Below, one piece after another: positions 56,097 through 64,000 of a DNA stretch of 64,000 nt; the first letter of the stretch is position 1; each line of letters opens with the position of its first letter. A program made the position numbers and the translations under genes. The DNA lies in assembly GCA_963842815.1 (NCBI GenBank), contig CAWJHU010000001.1, positions 94,497-158,496 on the forward strand. The letters run 5' to 3'. Below the pieces are notes generated by a model. It made no database searches. It saw only the letters and a program-made list of their open reading frames with translations, and was not told where the DNA came from. The DNA is from Candidatus Nomurabacteria bacterium (GTDB lineage: Bacteria; Patescibacteriota; Minisyncoccia; Phycocordibacterales; UBA9973).

Positions 56097-56978
56097 ATGC
56101 CCGAATTACCAGAGGTAGAAACGACAGTGAGAGCTTTAAAAAAGACAGTTGTGGGTCTTGTTATAAAGGATGTTTGGACAGACCTCAATACAAAAGATAA
56201 ACGCAAGATAGACACGGTTGCAAATCCCAAATATTTTAAATTTTTTAAAAAAGAAGTCATCGGTAAAAAAATTCTATCCGCAGAAAGACAAGCAAAAAAT
56301 ATTTTAATAAATTTGTCCGGCGGCAAAACCATTCTGATTCACATGAAAATGACCGGACATTTGCTTTACAACAACCGCGACAAATATGTTCATGCTCTTT
56401 TTACCCTGTCGAACGGAAAACCCCGAACTAGAGCAAGCTCAGGACAGGACAAGTTTTTGGCTTTTTCGGATATTCGTAAATTTGGCAAGATAACTTTGCT
56501 CCATACAAAAACCGCCCACGACTCAAAGCATCTGGCTGGAATAGGTCCGGAACCTTTGGATAAAAAATTCACCCTACAAGATTTTACAGATAGATTAAAA
56601 AAGAAACCGAATGGAAAAATTAAAACGGTTTTGATGGACCAATCGGTAATAGCCGGCATCGGCAACATTTATTCCGATGAAATACTTTGGAAAACTACGG
56701 TGCATCCGGAAAGAAAAGTTTCAAAAATAAAAGAAAAAGAGTTTAAAGAAATGTTTAAAGCAATGCGAGAAATTCTGGCCAAAAGCATAAAGCTTGGTGG
56801 AGATTCAATGTCTGATTATATAAATCTATCCGGGAAAAAAGGGAAATTCCAGTTTTACCATGAGGCCTATAAGAGAACCAGCGAAAAATGCAGAAAAAAG
56901 GGCTGTAGGGGCATCATAAAAAGAAAAGTTGTTAATGTCCGCAGTGCGCACTTTTGCTCTATACACCAAGTACTCTAA
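56097..56978 (+). CDS. mutM: formamidopyrimidine-DNA glycosylase
   Basis: MPELPEVET, HMKMTG, GIGNIYSDE, C-terminal Zn finger. Confidence 0.97.
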   Translation: MPELPEVETTVRALKKTVVGLVIKDVWTDLNTKDKRKIDTVANPKYFKFFKKEVIGKKILSAERQAKNILINLSGGKTILIHMKMTGHLLYNNRDKYVHALFTLSNGKPRTRASSGQDKFLAFSDIRKFGKITLLHTKTAHDSKHLAGIGPEPLDKKFTLQDFTDRLKKKPNGKIKTVLMDQSVIAGIGNIYSDEILWKTTVHPERKVSKIKEKEFKEMFKAMREILAKSIKLGGDSMSDYINLSGKKGKFQFYHEAYKRTSEKCRKKGCRGIIKRKVVNVRSAHFCSIHQVL

Positions 56979-57438
56979 ACAAAACTATTCCGCAAGCGAC
57001 AGAAACATTTAAAGATTCTTTTTGGCCCCGCATTGGGATTTCGGCGATTATATTGCACTTTTTTAAAATGTTTTTTGGGATTCCAGGCACTTCGCTACCC
57101 AGAATAAAGGCATTCTTCCTTTGCAATTTCACTTTTTTATAATCAATGGAATTTTTCGCCTGTTCCACGCCGATAATCAAATATTTTTTTCGTTTTAATT
57201 TGGCAAGCAGAGCAGAAATACTTTTTTTATATTCCCAGGGCACGAATTTTTCCGCCCCCAGGGCGGATTTGGTCATATCTTTGCGGATTCTGCCAAAACG
57301 GTCCAGCGGAGTAGGCGTATAGCCCGTCAAATAAATTTTATTTATACCCACCGCATCGGCAGTCCGAAACATCGCCCCCACATTGGTCACACTCCTGACA
57401 TTATGAATTATTAAAATATTTTCCTGATTCTTTTGCAT
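56959..57438 (-). CDS. SpoU/TrmH RNA methyltransferase
   Basis: NVGAMFRTAD, LGSEVPGI, IPMRGQKESLNVSVA. Confidence 0.93.
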   Translation of the reverse strand: MQKNQENILIIHNVRSVTNVGAMFRTADAVGINKIYLTGYTPTPLDRFGRIRKDMTKSALGAEKFVPWEYKKSISALLAKLKRKKYLIIGVEQAKNSIDYKKVKLQRKNAFILGSEVPGIPKNILKKCNIIAEIPMRGQKESLNVSVACGIVLFRVLGV

Positions 57439-57445
57439 TTTTTAA

Positions 57446-58078
57446 TTAAAACAGCCTGGCTTGAACATCTTCCATTCTTTTCTGCGGTTCAACATTTTTT
57501 CCCTCCACTTTTGTAAAATCGCCCTTGTCTATTTTGGCGAGCGCGCCGGGGATTCTTTTAAAACTTTCCTCGAACATTTTCATATTTTCATTGCCCCGCA
57601 GGGCGGCAGCCGGGTGGAGCAGGGGCAGAATAAAATGTTTTTCAACCTCAAAGAGTTTGCCCTGGTCCCTCGTAATTTTAGCCATGGGTAAAAAATAATT
57701 CATAGAAAATCGTCCGAGAGGAACAATGATTTTTGGATTTATTATTTCTATCTGCTTGGCCAAATACGGTTTATATTTTTCTATTTCTTCTTCATTCGGG
57801 TCGCGATTTTCCGGAGGCCTTCGCTTTACTATATTTGTGATATACACATCTTCTTCTTTCCAACCCAACTTGCGTATATTGGTTCGGAGTAATTGCCCGG
57901 CCCGGCCGACAAAAGGGCGCTTTTGCACGTCTTCATTAAAACCCGGCGCTTCGCCTATAAAGAGAATTTCGCAATCCGGACTGCCTTCGCCAAAAACAAG
58001 ATTGGAGTCCTGCAGGGGTAAGGTTTTGTCTTCCGCCATTTCCTGTTTTAATTTGTCGAGTTCGACAAGTTTGTTCAT
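57446..58078 (-). CDS. family 4 uracil-DNA glycosylase
   Basis: GEAPG, PFVGRAG, RPPENRDP, HPAAALR. Confidence 0.95.
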   Translation of the reverse strand: MNKLVELDKLKQEMAEDKTLPLQDSNLVFGEGSPDCEILFIGEAPGFNEDVQKRPFVGRAGQLLRTNIRKLGWKEEDVYITNIVKRRPPENRDPNEEEIEKYKPYLAKQIEIINPKIIVPLGRFSMNYFLPMAKITRDQGKLFEVEKHFILPLLHPAAALRGNENMKMFEESFKRIPGALAKIDKGDFTKVEGKNVEPQKRMEDVQARLF

Positions 58079-58089
58079 ATTTATTTTTG

Positions 58090-58162
58090 TCCGCCCGCTC
58101 GGGATCGAACCGAGGACCTTATCCTTAAAAGGGATCTGCTCTACCAGCTGAGCTACGGGCGG
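58090..58162 (-). tRNA. tRNA-Lys(UUU)
   Basis: CCGCCCG...CT TTT AA...GGTTCGATCCC...CGGGCGG A. Confidence 0.95.
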
Positions 58163-58184
58163 ATGCTCTCATCCTAACAGATTT

Positions 58185-58832
58185 TTAAAAAGCATCAAGT
58201 AAAAACTGTTCAAAGACTGTTTCCGCATCAAGTCCTTTTTTGCGTGCCTCCGGTAAAAGATAAGAAAGTTTGCGAGCAAATTTTTTAAGTTCCTCCTCGG
58301 AAAACTTGTTAAAATCTTTCTTTAGCATCATATCTTTAACCTTCCAAAAAAGAACCCCGATAAGCGCTTCCATTTCTATTCCCCTTTCTAGCGCCTGCCG
58401 AAAATAAATCCACAGATTAAGCTTGTCTCTGCTGCCAAAGGCATTGGCCAGCAAAAAACTGTTAAATTTTTCTATTTTCCCTTTGGGTAATTCAAAAACA
58501 TTGATCTCCGCTCTGGCTTTTTTAAAAGCGTCCAATATTGATTTGTTTAATTTCCCTTCTAAAAAAATAAAGTCGTTCTTTGATTCGCCCATGAGATTTA
58601 ATTTATTCAAAATGAAATTTAATGTTTCTTCTTTTTCAAAAATATCCGTAAAAATTACCATGCATTTTGTAAAAAAAAGTCCGGAGCCGGAGTATAAGCT
58701 TTCAATTTCCATCGGGTCAAAATCATTTTTGCCTATAAAAAAAGTCTCTGTGCCCTCCGCCACAGATTTTATAAATTTTTCATAACTGGAATGCTTATTT
58801 TTTACATCCTCCCCGCAAAAAAGATAAATCAT
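58185..58832 (-). CDS. holA: DNA polymerase III delta subunit-like (short)
   Basis: MIYLFCGED start, SGLFF, FNSFLLANA, LFWKVK patterns. Confidence 0.7.
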   Translation of the reverse strand: MIYLFCGEDVKNKHSSYEKFIKSVAEGTETFFIGKNDFDPMEIESLYSGSGLFFTKCMVIFTDIFEKEETLNFILNKLNLMGESKNDFIFLEGKLNKSILDAFKKARAEINVFELPKGKIEKFNSFLLANAFGSRDKLNLWIYFRQALERGIEMEALIGVLFWKVKDMMLKKDFNKFSEEELKKFARKLSYLLPEARKKGLDAETVFEQFLLDAF

Positions 58833-58833
58833 A

Positions 58834-59325
58834 TTAGAATTTTATCGATTTTTTGTATTCCAAATAAGGGGCGCCATACTTTTCCGCAAGAATTTTTTCT
58901 TCTTTTCTAAGAAATACAAACTTGCCTAAAATAAGTGAAATGATTGAAAAAACAACCACAAAAAGGGCGTTGGTTATAATGCCAAAGCCAAACACCAAAA
59001 AGAAAAGTCCCAGGTGCGTTGGACCCCTGGTATAGCGATAGGGACCCTGACAAAATGTTTCTTTGCTCAAATTTTCTTTATCCAAATCCAGAGAAGTTCG
59101 CTGGGCCCAAAATATTAAAAATGTTCCCAGGGCCAAAAAGAAAACACCTGCCAGAGAGAAGGCGTAATTTTCAAAAACTTTAAGCGGGAAAAGAAAATCC
59201 AAAAAAAGGCTGAATAAAAATAAAAGGAAAAAGGATAGGTAGGAATAGGCTAAAACTTTATGCACTTTATTTTTGTGCGAATTCTCAGTCCCCGGTTGTT
59301 CTGTTGTGTTTCCTATTTCCATCAC
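58834..59325 (-). CDS. isoprenylcysteine carboxyl methyltransferase (ICMT/PEMT) family protein
   Basis: GPYRYTRGP, EEKILAEKYGAPYLEYK. Confidence 0.85.
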   Translation of the reverse strand: MMEIGNTTEQPGTENSHKNKVHKVLAYSYLSFFLLFLFSLFLDFLFPLKVFENYAFSLAGVFFLALGTFLIFWAQRTSLDLDKENLSKETFCQGPYRYTRGPTHLGLFFLVFGFGIITNALFVVVFSIISLILGKFVFLRKEEKILAEKYGAPYLEYKKSIKF

Positions 59326-59349
59326 TTTATTGTATCACAAAATATACCC

Positions 59350-61761
59350 TTATTTAACCTCTCCCAGATTATTCCCCGAGCCGGAATGCACTATCAAAGG
59401 AATCTCGGTTTTATAATGCAAATAGGACCGTTCCAGCACCGTTTGCATGGCATTTTTGATTATTTTTTCGGCCTCCGAAAGCGCTTTTTCTTCCACTTCA
59501 TAAACCAATTCATCATGTATTTGAAGCACCAAATGCACCCTGTCCAGAAAACTTTTTCTTTTTAAATCTTCTTCCGCAAATCTTATGGCCAGCTTTATTA
59601 TGTCTGCCGTGGCTGTCCCCTGAACCGGCGCGTTGGTGGCGGTACGCTCGGCCATGTTTTTCAAAAATGGAATTCTGGAATTTATATTCGGGAAATATCT
59701 GCGCCTGCCGAATAATGTTTCCGTGTAGGAATGTTTCATGGCAAAAATTTTTACCTCTTCCAAATAATCCCGCACTCCGGAAAATTGATTAAAATAATTA
59801 TCATAAAATTTCTGCGCTTCGGGACGAGTGCCTCCCAAACTTTTGCGTAAAGAAGAAACTCCCATGCCGTAAATAATGCCAAAATTTATTACTTTTGCCT
59901 TGCGACGCATTTCACTGTCTACTTTGTCCATGGGTACGCCAAAAACAAAGGAAGCCACTCCCGCGTGAATATCTTTTCCTTCGCGGAATATTTGGGTCAT
60001 TTTTTTATCCCCGGAAAGCATGGCCACCACCCGAAGTTCAATCTGGCTATAATCAAAAGCTAAAAGTTTGTTCCCTTTCCCTGCGACAAAACCATTTCGT
60101 ATTTTTTTGCCCAGTTCGGTTTTTATGGGCAAATTTTGCAGGTTAGGGTCCTGGGAAGAAAATCTTCCGGTGGTCGTGCCGTTTTGTAAAAATTTTGCGT
60201 GCAAGCGGCCGTCTTCGCTCACCATTTTAGGGATTACGTCAATGTAGGTGGAGAGCAATTTTTGCAACTCCCTATAAAATAATATTTCTTTTATGATTGG
60301 ATTTTCTTCTTCCAATTCTTCCAATACTGAAACCTTGGTAGAAAAGGAACCGCTGGCATTTTTCTTTTTGCTTGATTTCATTCCCATTTTGCCGAAAAGA
60401 ACTTCCCCCATTTGTTTGGGCGAATTAATATTAAATTCCGTGCTGGCCATTTTATAAATTTTAGCCGTTAATTTGTCCAATTCCTGGTGATATTCTTTTG
60501 ACAAGTTTTCAAAATATTTTTTATCTATGAGAATACCATAGTCCTCCATATCTTTTACTATGGGGATTATGGGTTTTTCTATTTCTTCATATACTTTATC
60601 CAGGTTCTTTTCTTTTAATTGCTTAAAAATATATTCGCGGGCCTTTTCAAAATCATCTGTTCTGGCAAAATGTAAAATATCTTCCAAAGATGGGTTGGTT
60701 ATGTCTGAATTTACAAGCCAAAGAGCGATGGAAGTTTCTTGGAGTTGTATGGGGGAAATTGGAGAAAGCAAAGTTTTCTCGGGTCCTCGGTTCCCTGGGT
60801 CCCCTACCCCAGCCAGACCAGCTCCAAAACTTTCTTTCTCCAATTTCCCAGAAAAAAAATTTTTTAATCTGGCAAACAGGCTTCTAAATTCAAATTCGGA
60901 AAAAACATTTTCAATTTTCTTCAAATCCGCATTTTCCCAAAAAGTTTTCTTGGGCAATTTAAAATTTATGGGCGCGTCGGTGCGGATTTTTGCCAAAGTT
61001 TTCGAAAAAAGCGCCTCTTCCTCATTGTTTTTTATAAGTTCCAGCATTCTCGGAGAAATTCCGCTTTTAACAAAATTATTTTCATCTTTTTTTAACTTTT
61101 TATAAATTTCTTCGATGGTTCCAAAATTGGTAATCAAACTGGTCGCGGTTTTTTCACCGATTCCCTTAATTCCTATGATATTATCCGACGGGTCGCCTCG
61201 CAAACCTTTATAATCCGGCAAAAGTTTCGGCTTAAATCCAAATCTTTCAACTACCTTGTCTTCATCGTATAAAATTGTGTCATTGATTCCCTTTTTAAGC
61301 GTGTATACTTTAACTTTTTCTCCATCTATCAATTGCATCGTATCCATATCGCCCGAGGCAATAATTATATTTGTATTTTTGTCTTTCTTTAATTCTTCTA
61401 CTATCGTACCTAACACGTCATCTGCCTCAAAACCCGGCGCATCATAAATAGGAATATTGAATGCGTCAAAAATCTGTCTGGAATTTTTTAATTGCACCAC
61501 AAGGGCTTCGTCAGCCTTGGCTCTCCCGGCTTTGTATCCCGCATAGGCTTCATGCCTGAAAGTTTTTTGAGGAAGGTCATAGCAGGCTACAATATAATCC
61601 GGTTTTAGGTCGGTAATTATCTTCATCAGCATGGTGGAAAGCCCGTACAAAGCCCCTGTGGGCTCTCCTTTGGTGGACAAAAACTCCGGCAAGGCATGAT
61701 AAGCGCGGTGGATTATCGCATGGGCATCCAATAATACTAATGTCTTGTTTTCTTTAGCCAT
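59350..61761 (-). CDS. polA: DNA polymerase I (5'-3' exo + polymerase; 3'-5' exo domain reduced)
   Basis: HRAYHALP, EADD, GDPSDNIIG, TGRFSS, DYSQIELR, INFGIIYG, QIHDEL; start at MAKENK (61761). Confidence 0.97.
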   Translation of the reverse strand: MAKENKTLVLLDAHAIIHRAYHALPEFLSTKGEPTGALYGLSTMLMKIITDLKPDYIVACYDLPQKTFRHEAYAGYKAGRAKADEALVVQLKNSRQIFDAFNIPIYDAPGFEADDVLGTIVEELKKDKNTNIIIASGDMDTMQLIDGEKVKVYTLKKGINDTILYDEDKVVERFGFKPKLLPDYKGLRGDPSDNIIGIKGIGEKTATSLITNFGTIEEIYKKLKKDENNFVKSGISPRMLELIKNNEEEALFSKTLAKIRTDAPINFKLPKKTFWENADLKKIENVFSEFEFRSLFARLKNFFSGKLEKESFGAGLAGVGDPGNRGPEKTLLSPISPIQLQETSIALWLVNSDITNPSLEDILHFARTDDFEKAREYIFKQLKEKNLDKVYEEIEKPIIPIVKDMEDYGILIDKKYFENLSKEYHQELDKLTAKIYKMASTEFNINSPKQMGEVLFGKMGMKSSKKKNASGSFSTKVSVLEELEEENPIIKEILFYRELQKLLSTYIDVIPKMVSEDGRLHAKFLQNGTTTGRFSSQDPNLQNLPIKTELGKKIRNGFVAGKGNKLLAFDYSQIELRVVAMLSGDKKMTQIFREGKDIHAGVASFVFGVPMDKVDSEMRRKAKVINFGIIYGMGVSSLRKSLGGTRPEAQKFYDNYFNQFSGVRDYLEEVKIFAMKHSYTETLFGRRRYFPNINSRIPFLKNMAERTATNAPVQGTATADIIKLAIRFAEEDLKRKSFLDRVHLVLQIHDELVYEVEEKALSEAEKIIKNAMQTVLERSYLHYKTEIPLIVHSGSGNNLGEVK

Positions 61762-61799
61762 TGTGTAAATTATACCATTTAAGCTATAATTTATTATTA

Positions 61800-63497
61800 A
61801 TGGCAGACTTTGACGAAGAAAAACAAAATAAACAGCTGGCTGATTTGCGCAGGCAAGAGGAGGAGGAATTGGTGGCAACATTGGCGGAATCAAAATATAA
61901 GCTTCCTTATATTGATTTGGCTCGTTTAGGCATAGACAATGAAGCGCTTCGGGCCATATCCGAAAAGGACGCCCGGGAAATGAAAGTTGCCCCCTTTAAG
62001 CTTTTTGGTAAAAATATTTTTATAGCCGTCCGTTCCCCTTCGGATGAACTTTTGGCAAAAATAAAAGACCAAATAGAAAGAGAAAATTTAATTCCCACTT
62101 TTTATATGGTATCCATGGCCAGCCTGGAAAAAGTTTGGGGCAGATACAAAGAACTTTCTCTGGCTGAAAGCTCAAAAATTGGAGGAATAGATATTTCCGG
62201 AGAAGTTTTGATAGAAATCGCCAAGGACATCAAAACAATGAAAGATATAGAAAAATTAATTCTGGACACGACCCAGGGAAAATCAATCCATAAAATTTCT
62301 CATATGTTGGAAATAATATTGGCCGGAGCCATCGCCATCAAGGCTTCCGATATACACATAGAACCGGAACAGGACAGAAGCAGACTGCGACTCCGTCTGG
62401 ATGGCGTTCTTCACGACCTGATGTTTTTTGAAAATAATATTTATCATCTGCTGAATTCAAGAATTAAACTGCTTTCCGGAATGAAATTAACCACCACCAT
62501 CGCCCAGGATGGACGTTTTAGCATTATGGAAGGAAAAGAAGAGTTGAGTATTCGTACTTCTCTTATTCCCGGCGCCTATGGCGAATCCATAGTGATGCGT
62601 ATTTTGGACCCGAAATCTATTCAGGTAAAACTTGAAGAGCTTGGCATAGAACCTTTTCTTTTTTCCGTCATAGAACAAGAAATTGCAAAACCGAATGGCT
62701 TGATTTTAGTTACCGGCCCCACCGGTTCCGGAAAAACGACCACTCTCTACGCATTTTTAAGGAAAATTTATTCTCCGGAAATAAAAATAATAACCATTGA
62801 AGACCCGGTTGAATATCATTTGAACGGTATAACTCAAACCCAAGTAAATGATGAAAAGGGCTATACTTTTTTGGAGGGATTGCGTTCCGCCCTGCGCCAG
62901 GACCCGGACGTGGTGATGGTTGGTGAAATCCGAGACGCCGAAACGGCCAAGACTGCCATAGAAGCGGCCTTGACCGGGCATATGGTTTTTTCCACTCTGC
63001 ATACCAACAACGCAGCCGGCGTTATCCCCCGTTTGATTGACCTGGGAGCAAATCCTAAAATTATGGTTTCTGCTCTTTCCCTTTCTATCGCCCAACGCCT
63101 GGTCCGCAAACTTTGTCCATTTTGTAAAATTGAAAAAGCTCCTACCGAAAACGAAACGAAAACTATGAAAATGATAATGGACGGAATAAAAGCGGAAGGC
63201 AAAAGTCTTGCCAATTATCATATAAATCCCGACGCACCCATTAAATTTTTCTCGCCTGTGGGTTGCGATAAATGCAATATGACCGGATACAAAGGACGAA
63301 TAGGTATTTTTGAAGCGATTAAAACCGACGAGGCCATAGAAAAAATAATGCCCCAGAATCCGAGCGAACGCGAAATAAAAAAAGTGGCGCGCGTTCAGAG
63401 AATACTTTCCATGCGCCAGGACGGCGTAGTAAAAATTTTAAACGGTATTACTTCCTTTGAAGAAGTGCTAAGTGTGGTTGATTTAAACGAAGAATAG
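61800..63497 (+). CDS. pilB: PilB/GspE family pilus assembly ATPase
   Basis: ASDIHIEP, GPTGSGKTT, EDPVE, LRQDPD, TLHTN, CxxC..GYKGR. Confidence 0.9.
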   Translation: MADFDEEKQNKQLADLRRQEEEELVATLAESKYKLPYIDLARLGIDNEALRAISEKDAREMKVAPFKLFGKNIFIAVRSPSDELLAKIKDQIERENLIPTFYMVSMASLEKVWGRYKELSLAESSKIGGIDISGEVLIEIAKDIKTMKDIEKLILDTTQGKSIHKISHMLEIILAGAIAIKASDIHIEPEQDRSRLRLRLDGVLHDLMFFENNIYHLLNSRIKLLSGMKLTTTIAQDGRFSIMEGKEELSIRTSLIPGAYGESIVMRILDPKSIQVKLEELGIEPFLFSVIEQEIAKPNGLILVTGPTGSGKTTTLYAFLRKIYSPEIKIITIEDPVEYHLNGITQTQVNDEKGYTFLEGLRSALRQDPDVVMVGEIRDAETAKTAIEAALTGHMVFSTLHTNNAAGVIPRLIDLGANPKIMVSALSLSIAQRLVRKLCPFCKIEKAPTENETKTMKMIMDGIKAEGKSLANYHINPDAPIKFFSPVGCDKCNMTGYKGRIGIFEAIKTDEAIEKIMPQNPSEREIKKVARVQRILSMRQDGVVKILNGITSFEEVLSVVDLNEE

Positions 63498-63512
63498 AAG
63501 AGATAAAAAAAC

Positions 63513-63650
63513 ACTAATCTCTAAACAATCCTTTTGGGGCTAAGCCCCGAAAGTAACAAATCATTAGAGGATAGCCCCAGGAACTCGTGAGAGCACCAGA
63601 ACGTCCTACGCAAATTTATATAACCAAAGGCTGATTGCTTAGAGATTAGT
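63513..63650. ncRNA. long rod-shaped intergenic RNA, 6S RNA candidate
   Basis: actaatctctaa..caatc..cctttt pairs with aaagg..gattg..ttagagattagt, enclosing an AT-rich bubble and a terminal stem. Confidence 0.45.
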
Positions 63651-63794
63651 ATCTTCTTTTTTAAAAAACAAAAGAGATGTAATCTCTTTGTGAAAATAAT
63701 TATACTATGGTTCCAAATCAAGCAAATGCTATAATGTGGATATAGCTGTGGAAAGAGTGTTGATTACCCAACCACATATGAAGCATAGCATAAT

Positions 63795-64000
63795 ATGAAA
63801 AAAATGTCAAGCAAAAAAGCTAAAGAAAAAAAGGGGTCGCCTTTAGAGAAAGAATCCAATATTGGAGACTCTTTTCTGGATCAAGCCCTTCGCCCCACTC
63901 GTTGGGATGAATATATCGGCCAAAAACACATAAAAGACAACGTTAAAATCCTTTTACGGGCTGCGGAAGAAAGAGGACATATTCCGGAACATATCCTTTT
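63795..64000 (+). CDS. ruvB: Holliday junction helicase RuvB (5' part)
   Basis: Manual translation ...LDQALRPTRWDEYIGQKHIKDNVKILLRAAEERGHIPEHIL. Confidence 0.93.
   Translation, partial: MKKMSSKKAKEKKGSPLEKESNIGDSFLDQALRPTRWDEYIGQKHIKDNVKILLRAAEERGHIPEHIL

Noticed and set aside
61762-61893. Extended N-termini of polA and pilB from the ORF track
   Set aside because: They would overlap divergently; ATGs at 61761 (-) and 61800 (+) fit domain starts
1-64000. CRISPR array or cas genes
   Set aside because: No regularly spaced direct repeats and no Cas motifs seen

Overview
AT-rich bacterial chromosome segment with Patescibacteria/CPR (Parcubacteria-like) hallmarks: AT-rich leaders with no obvious SD, PilMNO/PilB, a VirB2-type pilin, DUF5666-like proteins and tRNA-Arg(GCG). 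The backbone carries murB, sua5, rplS, ndk, pilM/N/O, yqgF, rpsT, ruvA, mutM, udg, holA, polA, pilB, ruvB and seven tRNAs. Two elements are integrated at tRNA-Arg genes. (1) A ~17.4 kb defence island (7093-24535) at tRNA-Arg(UCU), with a large serine recombinase, two phage-type MTases, NucS-like nucleases, a type III R-M with an embedded HEPN-like gene and a SEC-C/PIN-like gene. (2) A 4.3 kb element (30675-34960) at tRNA-Arg(GCG), built as attL - serine recombinase - complete INVERTED internal attP - MazF/PemK toxin with convergent sRNA - pilin - attR. This makes two abutting invertible cassettes, and flipping the first would swap the recombinase C-terminus. Both elements carry diverged copies of one structured leader RNA (pseudoknot, GAAA tetraloop and receptor). 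All calls come from reading the sequence and recognising motifs; no searches were run.
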